A stretch of DNA of 63,496 nt, counting the filler, from Trichosphaerium sp. ATCC 40318 (Eukaryota; Protista; Tubulinea): the NCBI GenBank assembly GCA_038496445.1. It is 3 parts of 3 records of this genome, joined end to end, with 100 filler letters (N's around TTAATTAATTAA, not from the genome) between each part and the next. Parts side by side here need not be neighbours in the genome. Positions count along the whole stretch, not along the records: positions 27,441 to 52,699 come from JALMLS010000284.1; 2 more parts are not named here. One strand, 5' to 3'. The position numbers were made by a program, and so were the translations under genes. The notes under the pieces are model-generated. The model was not told the origin of the DNA. It saw only the letters and a list, made by a program, of their open reading frames with translations, and searched no databases. Of the stretch, positions 36,107 to 46,619 are shown one piece after another. Positions within the stretch are counted from its first letter, which is position 1. Every line of letters starts with the position of its first letter.

Positions 36107-36922
36107 ATGACTGATATTACAATCACTATAAAGGCTTTAAGCGGTTCTAGCTACAAAGTAACCCTGGAGTTGAGCAAACAACCTGAAATGCTCTGGGAAT
36201 ACGCAAAACGCCTTATTTTGGTTAAAAACCCTTCTTACAGCGGCAATACAATAGAAACTGTTAACGTTTCCTCATTGGACCGTTGTGTATTCAAAAGACA
36301 ACTGCTTTGTCCTCTCGCAAGAGTATCAGAGCTTGGTTTCGTTCCAGGTGAGAAGAATGAGGTTTTCATCGTCTTCGCTCTTGGAGCAGGCCTAGCACCT
36401 CCTACAACACTCCTCACGCGAGTGAAATACGAAACAAGAGCATCCGGGGATAAGATTCATACTCACAGCGAACGTTTCAAGTTTGAACAAAAGTGCCCTA
36501 CAACAAGACACGACAAGAGATCTGAGGATGTTTGTAAGCACTGCGGTAGGCTACCATACTGCAAGGCTGTACTACAGCATCACGAGATACCTGATTGTCC
36601 TTATGAATCACACTTGGAGATATCTTTGCAATTCAAACGTTTCTCGTACCCTGGTGGAGATGACTTTTTTACGATCTTGTTGGACAAGATAGTATCTGGT
36701 ACTGACTTTATAGTAAAGAATGAACATGGAGAAATCGTTCCAGGATGTATTGAGAGTCGTAAAGGAAAGTGGACTAAACAAAAACGCCCAACGATTGTGT
36801 GGGTTTCTGATAATATTCTTGCCGGAATGTACTCTGTTGTTTTTAATGATTCATCACTAAAGCACACTGGTAATATGCCTGAAACCATAGGAAGTACACA
36901 GTGGACTTTTTCAGTCAAATAA
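36107..36922 (+). CDS. Intronless ubiquitin-like N-terminus plus C-terminal Ig-like (Big_5/SbsA-like) protein
   Basis: MTDITITIKALSGSSYKVTL...VFIVFALGAG resembles a beta-grasp Ubl, then CKHC..C, and ISLQF..FIVKNEHGEIVPG..GMYSVVF..WTFSVK. Confidence 0.6.
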   Translation: MTDITITIKALSGSSYKVTLELSKQPEMLWEYAKRLILVKNPSYSGNTIETVNVSSLDRCVFKRQLLCPLARVSELGFVPGEKNEVFIVFALGAGLAPPTTLLTRVKYETRASGDKIHTHSERFKFEQKCPTTRHDKRSEDVCKHCGRLPYCKAVLQHHEIPDCPYESHLEISLQFKRFSYPGGDDFFTILLDKIVSGTDFIVKNEHGEIVPGCIESRKGKWTKQKRPTIVWVSDNILAGMYSVVFNDSSLKHTGNMPETIGSTQWTFSVK

Positions 36923-37186
36923 ACAACTCATTAGTTGAGAAACATGAATGGCAAATTGTAGTTAAATAAATAGTTCAAATCACAGTATTTCTACTTGATA
37001 CAAACACAGCACGTGTTATGTTGCTGCTATCTTAGTCCTTGTAGTTTGACTCAAGTCCGTAGTAACTGAGCTGACTCATTTTGTTATTCTGTTGAAGAGG
37101 TATTCGAAGGTTAAAAGTCAGCTCAATAAAAAAAAATAACTTTGAAAAGTCATAACGGAAGTCTTGTATTTTCTTCAGCCGTACAG

Positions 37187-38734
37187 CTGCGGTTGCGTAA
37201 ACAACTCTGGGGTGGCATTATGGGTTTCTACCTTCCAATACTAAGGGAAGAAGATGCGCAAAGCCTTCTTGTACATGGTAAAAAAGCAAAAGGCAAAACA
37301 TTCATATTTCGTGACTCTGGATCCAAACCAGAGTGCTTTTGTATGTCAGTATGGGATCGCAAGAATGTTCTAAATTATCTTATACCGAAGACGCGTGTAC
37401 ACAAGTTAAAAGAGGTGGTTGCAGAGTTCACAAAGCGTTTAGGGCGTTTAACGCCGTATCAAGTTGATTATCATCCAGATTTGTACGTCGGCGTCAAACA
37501 TTCGCTATTTTATACTACACACCATCACAGACTAGAAAAAGGCTTCAAATTATGATTTTAATAAAAAGTTGTCGGTTTTTAGCAAATAAACCACAACGAC
37601 GCCATTTTCGCTGTTTATCGTGTAGCGCATTAATTAACGTATTTATTAAAAGGTATAACGGCAATATTACTATAAACGCTATAAACGTTTTCGTAAACTC
37701 GGAACAAGCATCTGGTTGGCGTGTATCTACTATAAATAAGGTATCAAGTGATTTCACATGGTCAGAAGTTAGATTGATCCTTATCTCGAAATACAAGCAA
37801 GATGGTCTCTTTCAGTTCCTCTCTTTTGACCTTATAAAGAAGATACTTTGTAGGAATATTACAAAAGCTACAAGGTTGAGTAATAATGGATATGTTATCG
37901 ATATGGCTATAACAAAAGCTATGACTTATAGGCTTGAAAGAAATGTTTTAACGTATTTATGTTTGGATGGTGTTGTTTTCAGAAAGGAGACTTTCTATGT
38001 ATTGATGAAGTCTATAAAGTATAATTCATCATTGAAGACTCTTCTCATAAGGTTCTGTAATAAGTACGTAACGCAGTCGTTAGATATTTGGATAAATTTG
38101 TTGTCAAGCGCTTCCAAACCTGTCGTGAAATTCTTTTTTTTTTTTTTTGAAAAGAAATTTTATTCTGCTGACGCTACAGCTTCGTTACAACATCATTTAC
38201 GTTATATTATGATATAAATTAGTTTTACATAAAACCCGACGTTTCACAAAACACACGTGATAAATGTGATCGTAGTTTTCTCGAATTTTTGATTTTTTTT
38301 GGTGTTTGACATTTGACACTTACACGTGATTTAGCCATGAAATTCCTGGATTCGAAGAAAGTTACAACAAGCTTTTCTTAGATGCTCTTAACAACCCTAA
38401 TTCTTCTATTACTACTCTTGGTTATGCTGATGCATCAATATCTGATAAAGTAAACTTCTTTGAGTCTCTAGCTAATAGTAGTATGGTACCAAGGTTACAA
38501 AGACTTTCTGTACATGCTCAAGGTGTTATTGTTGATGAACTTACATTGGAAACTGTTTTAACAAACCTTCTTGTTAGTCGTTATGGTGTTCTTGTTGGTC
38601 TTGATTTTGGTGATACTTTCACTCCTCATATTAATACTGTTATTGACCAGCAAGCAGTTCTTTATGATGATAATATATTCGATAATGATGCAACACAAGA
38701 ACAAACATTTACTAACATTGTAACTATTTTGTAA
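37187..38734 (+). CDS. Multi-exon SH2 + LRR-like protein
   Basis: SH2 signature REEDAQSLL..KTFIFRDS..FCMSV..NYLI. A GTACGT intron (~37482-37535) joins in frame to ORF 37552 (RNI-like SIKYNSSLKTLLI). A second intron ends at ~38334 before the HEIPGF...VTIL* exon. 5' end uncertain. Confidence 0.65.
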
Positions 38735-40044
38735 AACATCAAATAAAGTGCTCGACCATTTCACAAAAACAAACTCATATGTCTTTTGTAGCTTATTAAT
38801 AGAAATTTCGAGGCTGTATGATGGGAAAACGTTAGGAGTTTTCGCCCCGCTGTAATACGTTAATGACAGCATCTTTGATTAGTGTATTGGTTGATCTATA
38901 CTAGCAATCGTTCAAGAACTACTAGCTCGGATTTGTAATAAACAACTAGTTGTTGTGCATTGATAGTTCCTCACTATTTTAAGAAGCATACGTCTTCATA
39001 TATGACAAACTAAACAATTAATTATACACCAATACTTGAGAGTTATCCAAGTGCGTCCTAGGCGTAGGAAAAAATTGAATCAGCGTCATTTGTTTGATTC
39101 TTGGTTTTTTCCAATAAAAGTAATGTTTGTCACAGATCACAAGACTCAACGATTTAGTGTACTCTTAATTCACAAGGATGGTTTTATTGTTATAGGTTTA
39201 CAAGTATTCAACATCGAATAATGTCCAACGTTCATTTCTAGATATGCGATGACACCCATTACAACACTCTACCTTTGTTTGGCAGTAGCATTTTCCACTT
39301 CGTTTAGAGCCAACATATAGACTACCTCCGTATATTGATACATGGCCTGCACATTCAGGATCCCTAGCTGCAGCTGCTGCGCACTCTGAAGGGAAGAATT
39401 GGACGTTTAGCGAACGTCCGTTGATAGAAAGTTGCTTGTGACATAGTTCACCAACTTCTGCGTTTGTACCACTACAAGTATGATATTTTGATCCATTGAC
39501 ATTTCTCCAGAGGCCGTTTGCTCCATTACAGGTAGAGTTTACCCTTTCATTTGTAAGTGTAGGTACCTTGGGTAGTTCAATTGTGCTCGGCTCGCGGTCA
39601 CAATTAACACAATCGTCAGAAAGAGGCCATTTTGGGATTACTGATAAAACACTATTCAATTTAACAGTGTCACAATCAATGCATTTGTCTCCGTGTTTCC
39701 ATGGAATGTGTTTTGTCGTTGGTGGTACGTACCCAGGGAATATACGCCCTGGGGTTTTCATGAAGCAAGTTGCTTGATATGCTGGGTCATCTGGGTATAC
39801 AATTTCGTTGACACCAAAAGTATCAGAAGGCAGTCTAGCTCTAACATAAAAGCAAACATTAATATCCTCTGGTGCTTCAGTTTCTATTGTCATATTGAAT
39901 AGGTTCATGCACGAAGGGTCAACAAGACCAGCTTCTTCGCTGTAGAAATTTGCTACTGATAAAGGCATAACAGCCACACCAGCACAGTTGGTTGTACACC
40001 TTCTTTGGCAGTATGCCAAATCGTTAGAGACTACTCGACTGCAA

Positions 40045-42020
40045 CAGGTCTAAAATTCTCAAGCTGTTTTTATGGTAGATACCATGAATTTGTGGTATAA
40101 TTATACCATTGATTCCAATTTTATACCACAAATTCCAGTATAATATACCATAAATCAAAGGATTTATACCATGAAACAGCCAAATTATACCATAAATATA
40201 CAGTAGAAAGTGCGAATTTATACCATATTTTTTCACCTGAAAAAATGCATTATATGGTATAATTCTACCATAAAACATGGTATAAAACACAGTATAATAC
40301 CATAAAGCCTGGTATATTATACCTTAAAACTTGGTATATTATACCACAAAACCAGGTGTATTATACCGTGTAAAAACTGTTCTAAAAATAAAAACACATT
40401 TATTAATACATCTTTTTTTTGTTTACATCCGTGACCTTTAGTTTTGCCCATGTCCTTTTTTGCAGTGATCAAATAACCTTAAAAGAACAGATCGTACTTG
40501 CTGTAAGTGCATTGAATGGATATAGCATGAAACCTAAAAGAAGAGTTAGCGCCGGCTTGGTTTCTTGTACACAAAATAAATAGTCGTACAAAAATTGCTG
40601 TTTTGTTGTGATGGCAGCACTGAGAGTAACAAATGACCTGCACGGTGAAGCCAAACTTGACTAAAACAAAGAAATGAAAATAGCTACCAACCTCATCGGA
40701 AACGAGTTCTAGCGGAATAGTACCTGGTTGGGCGGCTAACATGTTTTGTTTTTTTTATATCACCTATTAAGCCTGTAAAACCTATGGCAAACAGCTTTAA
40801 AACAACTACTTTCTAGCATACCTTGTGTTGTGTGGGCGATAAACTGGTCAAGACTTAGTTTTATGCCCTGGCTTAGCCAATTAGTTTACAATATCACTCG
40901 TAAGGTCAACGCATGGGTGCAGAGCCTAAATGCTATCTGTTCCGGCAAATGCGGGCATTTAGTAGGAAAAAAACCAAAAAAATCCAAAAAAATCCAAAAA
41001 AAACCAAAAAACTCGAAAAATGGGTAAGCTCTGAAACAACTTTGCCTTATAACACTACTTGCGCGGTTTAACACACATTGGGGCATATATCAAGAATGTC
41101 AAAAAAAAATAAATAATTTTGCTCCTGATTTGGTAAATGAGGCTGTATGGCGTTGATTGAGTGTAAAAATGCCTATGGAGGGGAGAAAAAAATGAGAGCC
41201 GGAGAAAAAAACCTCCAATTGGAGGTTTTTTGCGAATGGGCATTTTTTGAGCGCTAAACGCGTTTTTGGTGTGTCTACCACTGTAGCGTTCTAACATGGG
41301 GTACGTGGAGTGGTTTCTTCCTCAAATACCATTAATCAGAGAAAGTTGGCCAATTTATCCCTAAAACGCCTGTAATTGGGGCGCGTTACCAGATTTCTCT
41401 CTTAAAACTGTTTTTCACACATTTATGTGCCAATTATGTTCAATAACGGCTACTGTCAAAGCATTGTGTGGTATGGCATTTGCGTAGGTCCATATGCTAT
41501 TAAATCAAGTGCAGACCAAGTGAGCTTTGACTAACTTATACTTATACAGTATAATACCACGGTATAATACCACATTTTATGGTATAATTATATGGTATAA
41601 TGCACGGTATACAATACTTTAAAATACAGTATAATACCATGGTATAATACTGTGTTTTATGGTATAATTATATGGTATAATGCATGGTATAATATACTTT
41701 AAAATGCAGTATAATACCATGGTATAGTACCATGTTTTATGGTATAATTATATGGTATAATGCATGGTATAATATACTGTAAAATGTGGTATAATACCAT
41801 GGTATAATACCATGTTTTATGGTATAATTATATTCTATAAATTGAGATATGGTATAAACATGGTATAATGGCTGTTATACCATTTGTCCAAAAAACATGG
41901 TATTATACCATATTTTATGGTATAATTATATGGTATAATTATGGATTATACTGAGCTTGTACCATAAAAGGTGATTATACCATAAAATATGGTATTATAC
42001 CATGATAATTTTCAGACCTG
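40045..42020. mobile_element. Non-autonomous TIR element A (~1.98 kb), 2-bp TSD AA
   Basis: Ends CAGGTCTAAAATT / AATTTTCAGACCTG, flanked aa|...|aa, with many GGTATAAT/ATTATACC subterminal motifs. Excising the element plus 2 bp restores DCSRVVSNDLAYC. Confidence 0.9.
41547..41832. repeat. 80-bp tandem repeat (~3.6 copies) inside element A
   Basis: Units start at 41547, 41627, 41707 and 41787 (cagtataataccatggtataat...). Confidence 0.85.
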
Positions 42021-42924
42021 AATCTACAAAAAGGTGTCAACAAAGATTCGTTTGTATTAATCATATACGCTTACCTCCTGCCGAACGGTATTCTGGGAAA
42101 TAACAATGATCTATGCGTCTAAAATAAAATAAGTTTTCGAACACTACAATCACGTGATTCAAGTCTAAACCAGTAGATTTACATAAAATGAGGTCACGAA
42201 AACGACCAAAACTAGTCAAAAAAAAAAGGCACTATAACGTATGGTATCGTACGCGTAAGATTCTGATTCGTCTGCAACACCATAGATCTCTTCAACATTT
42301 TCTTCAACGTAATCAACATCAATACAATCCCTGTAACCTCTCCATAGCCAATGAACGATGTATCTACCTGTACCAGCTCGGCCAGGTATAGTAAATTTAG
42401 CCATATCAGCATCTCTAGGTTGTCCTGTGAGATGTTCTGCTTTAAAGATGGCTTCAACCCAAGGCATATCTGGATGTTCATATTCAGCGTAGTTATTCTC
42501 GTGAAGGTTTTCCTTGTATTTGAATAACGTTGCGTTAACACCCCAACCACCAAAAGCTTCTGGTCTAGGAATAAAGTCTCCATCTGTGCTTAAGATCTCG
42601 TCACCAAGTGGAGCGTCTTTTACTGCATTAGGTTCACGATAAGCGAAACGTCTGTGAAGGACTTCAAGTGTCTTTACAGCTCCGGCAGGTGCGTCATTAA
42701 AGTACTTTGCAAATAGAGCTTAGTTGTTTAGCTTCAACTTGTCCTCGTACTTCTGGTGCATGATAATGAAGTAAGATGTACTGCTGTGGCCTTGAGCCCA
42801 CTCCATCTCGAACTCTTGATTTGGTCCAACTTGAACATGAGGATATTCTTGATTTACCGGAGGACAAGGTGTTTCTGTACTTGCGTATGGACGTCTACTA
42901 AGACTGAACATCCAGTTATGTCCT

Positions 42925-43983
42925 CAGGTCTAAAAATTAAAGTGGTATATACCAGTTTTTTTATGGTATATACCACTTTTTTCAACAAAATGGTATATGA
43001 ACTGGTATATACCATTTTGAAATACCACTTTTTTTAAAAATTAAGTGAATAAAAAAGTGGTATATAGAAGTGGTATATACCACTTTTCATTCACATAATG
43101 AGACCTTCTAAAAATGGTATATAAAGTGGTATATACCACTTTTTTATGGTATGTGGTATATACCACCTTTTTATTGGTATATACCACTTTTATGGTATGC
43201 TTCAAGAAGGTCATTAAGGCGCTTTTTGGTAATGGGTTTTCTTGTTGAACGATCATAGACGTCATACATTGAACGGTGCGTAGAGACCTTAGTATATCAT
43301 AGAATCTAACCATACCAGGCTCATTCGAACCGCAGGACCTGATTCCAGTACCTACAGTAAGGAAACTATATTGCAGGTATTATACAGACGTTCGTGGGTA
43401 CCAGACAAAGTTTTATTTTATTTTCGTTTGATATACATTAACCGACCTCCGTAGGCCTTAGTAATTGATGGATTCAGGTGGAACCACTTTCATTAGGTGC
43501 GCAGCATGTTTTTACAGTAGGTACAGCAAGCTCATGGAGATGGACGAATTTTCCAGACGCCCATAGTAATGTAACTGTAGTGGACATTGTCCAAAACTTG
43601 TAACTCACAAACTGTGTATTAAATAAAGTGTATTTTCTGGAATTGCAGGTGTACCATAAGTAGGCATAAAGTGGTATATAAGAGTGGTATATACCATGAA
43701 AAACTGGTATAAAAAAGTGGTATATAAGTGGTATATACCTAAAAAAAGTGGTATAAAAAAGTGGTATATTTTTTTTTTTCTGGTGAAAAAAAGTGGTATA
43801 TTTTCTGTTTTTATACCTCTTTTTTTTGTATATTGTTGGTATATTTGGTCAATATACCACTTTTTTTGGTATATTTCAGTCAAAATATACCACTTTTTTG
43901 GTATATACCATAAAAAACTGGTATAAAAAAGTGGTATAAAAGTGGTATATACCAAAAAAACTGGTATATTTTTTTTAGACCTG
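42925..43983. mobile_element. Non-autonomous TIR element B (~1.06 kb)
   Basis: Ends CAGGTCTAAAAA / TTTTTAGACCTG, with arrays of the palindromic GTGGTATATACCAC near both ends. Confidence 0.9.
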
Positions 43984-44002
43984 ATATATTGTTCTGGTAC
44001 TA

Positions 44003-45033
44003 CAGTAGTAAAATAGAAATGGAAATTTTTAAGTAATCCACCCTGTTTTCCTATGGGAAAAGTAGACGGAAAAACTCTTCCTTAATTCCCATTGAATTTA
44101 TATGAAATTCCGTAAGTATTACTCATAGAATTCTTAGAGTATTACTTTTGGAATTGTGTATGTATTTTATATAGAATTCTCTATGTATTCTTTATAGCAT
44201 TTCTTAATGTATTTTTTGTAGATTTCAATAAAAAATACTTTATAAATTACACAAAATATTATTCGATACTTTGGTTCAGATTTAATGCAAAGTCATTTTA
44301 TTTATTGATCATTACAAAATACAAACATCCTAAATAATACGTACAAGTTAATACATCGTGTCTTCATAAACGAAAGAAGTAATTTGATCGCATTTGGTTT
44401 TGAGAGCCTGAACAATAATTAATGCGTTTGTAAATGCTAAATTAAGAACACATAGGGTTTTTTGATAAATTAAGTGGAAATAAGCTTTAAAAACAACGTA
44501 CTTGGAGTTAATGCTTTAAATACATTCTTTAATGGTGTAATAAGGCTGTTGCAATGCTTTAATCATCCTAAAACAGATAAGTAAGAGATATTTATGTTTA
44601 AGTGATTTTCCAAACCACCTAAAACATGTTCTCCGTTACTTTTTGGATTAACGCACTTTAACCTGTACCATTGGTTTTTTCACCTTTAATAATAGCATGT
44701 GGATATTGTTCGCTAGAAAAACCTATGTACCTAAGGTGTCGATGGTTTTTTGCAAATATAAAACTAAACCCTAACCCTAACTTAATTTGTACTTTCATAA
44801 ACCTCAACCCTAGCCCTAACCCTAACCCTAACTAAATTAGTACATTATTTGGTGGATTTTGTACAATAATTCTGAAAATTCCATATTTAAGGGAATATTA
44901 TGGTAATTCTATCAAAAATCCTGCCATAAAAAAAAATAAAAATAAGAATTCTTCATAAATTACCTTAAAAATCCCTAAAACAAAGGAATTTAGTGGGATT
45001 TATATCCAAAATCCCGTTTTCATTTTACCACTG
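44003..45033. mobile_element. Non-autonomous TIR element C, copy 1 (~1.03 kb)
   Basis: Ends CAGTAGTAAAAT / ATTTTACCACTG. Near-identical copy at 58571-59602. Confidence 0.9.
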
Positions 45034-45523
45034 CTGTTGTACATTTCAATCAGTTTGGAACCATAATGAATGTGTCGTCATCTAATTTTTGTCATTTTAG
45101 AGTCCAGTCTTCCAGTGCACATCCCCATTTTGTTGAGGTCGCGTTACATAAGAAAACAGTACTTGGACTAGCGTTTGAAGCGCAGTTCGAGCGAGTTACG
45201 AGAACGATAAGGAAGAACGCGAGACCACAAACCGCAGAGTTCATTTTGAGCCTGAAAGTAGTTGTTAGATGTGTTAAATGACAGTAGTGTTTGTTTTTTC
45301 TTATACGAAAGCGTATACAGCGAGTTTGACTGTAGAACTGCATACGTTTTGATAGAAAGATACACGTGTACGTACAATATTTGTTCAAAAAACCTACAAA
45401 ATCGAAGAGGTGGCAGTTTTGTGTTGTGAGTTCGAAATTAGTAAGTTTCCCAATTTGAAAGCAAGATTGCCTTATTTGAGTATAAGGCTTCTAGTGTCCA
45501 GCCAAAGGAACTATGCTAGGATC

Positions 45524-46453
45524 CAGGGCTGAAACTAAATAAGGCTTTTTTTGCAAAAGCCATTTTTTTGCCACCAAATACAGCCTTATTTTTCACCAAA
45601 TTGCCTTGTTTTTGCCAAAAAAAATGGGCAAATATGAGGCATTGCCTTGTAATTTTGGGCTTTAAAGCCTCATATTTGGGCCAAATAGCAAGCAACTGGT
45701 TCACTAATTAGCCTTAAAATAGCCTGCATTGTTGGTCCAATAATGCCTCATTTTTTGTGCAACAATAAGGCATTTTTGCCCTCAATTTTTGGGCATAACC
45801 CAGGCACCATATACTCATAAAACAAGGCTTTATATAGGCATACAATAGTGATTCATTTATTAAAGTACAGTACACAAAACACAAAAAACTTCAATGTCCT
45901 CCATGTGAAAAAAAACCTTTAGTTAAAAAAAAAAATTAACAAATTATTGGTATAATTTTCGCGGACTGGAAAAATGGTTTAAAGTACCTATAATCCTATT
46001 GTAGCTGGATTTGGGTGCTGTGGTTCGAATGGCGGTGGTTTCGTTAGAATCCATAAAATACTAAGTGCGTGGTGACGGCGTCTATATAAAACGTCAGTAG
46101 TAAATGAAAAAAAAATGTTTAGGAAGTGTTGGTGTGGTGGAGACTTACCTTAAACCAATGTATCCTTAATGTACAATGTGTACACAACCAATGCCTAATT
46201 GGTGCCTATAAATTTAAGGCTGGCAATGCATAAAAAAACTAGGGCAGGCATTGCCTAAAAAAAACAAGGCATTGCAACAATTAAGGCATTGCCCAACAAA
46301 GCCTTATTTCAATGCCTGATTTTTGCCTTTTTTGCCATTGCCTTTGCAAAATCAGGCATTGCCATTTTTGCATGCCTGATTTTTGCCATCAATGCCTGAT
46401 TTTAAAAAAATGCCTTCATATTTAAGACAAAGCCTTGTTTAGTTTCAGCCCTG
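45524..46453. mobile_element. Non-autonomous TIR element D (~0.93 kb)
   Basis: ~23-bp TIR CAGGGCTGAAACTAAA(T/C)AAGGC and repeated AGGCATT/AATGCCT subterminal motifs. Confidence 0.88.
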
Positions 46454-46619
46454 GAGAAGAATTATAAGTTATTGTAAGACAGTCTAGCGCAGAGCTAGCG
46501 TTTGTGAGTTATTACATTGTGAATACAATTGATACTCATTTTTTGGATTGTCTTTCATTTGCATTGCAACAAACTTGTCAAATTTGGTTATCTGACTTCT
46601 ATCCTTGTAATCTATTGAC

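Larger units (their letters stand above)
35052..39504. repeat. Right arm of ~4.5-kb inverted duplication
   Basis: Reverse complement of 27441-31979. Confidence 0.95.
39198..45244 (-). pseudogene. Secreted LPMO-like / Cys-rich protein gene disrupted by three transposons and three in-frame stops
   Basis: Signal peptide MNSAVCGLAFFLIVLV, then GHNWMF..PC..EWAQGH..GRYIVHWLWRGYRDCIDV and a Cys-rich tail (ORF 39198-40019). Removing the inserts rejoins the frames. Stops at 45092, 45050 (TGA) and 42720 (TAA). Confidence 0.75.

Noticed and set aside
27441-39504. Inverted arms as TIRs of a Polinton or giant transposon
   Set aside because: Arms and spacer hold intron-containing host genes; no integrase, polymerase or capsid, and the right arm is continuous with flanking genes at both ends.
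40045-43983. GGTATA arrays as a CRISPR array or as genes (ORFs 40024, 43041, 43605, 43684)
   Set aside because: No unique spacers or cas genes. These are subterminal repeats of TIR elements, and the ORFs are low-complexity by-products.
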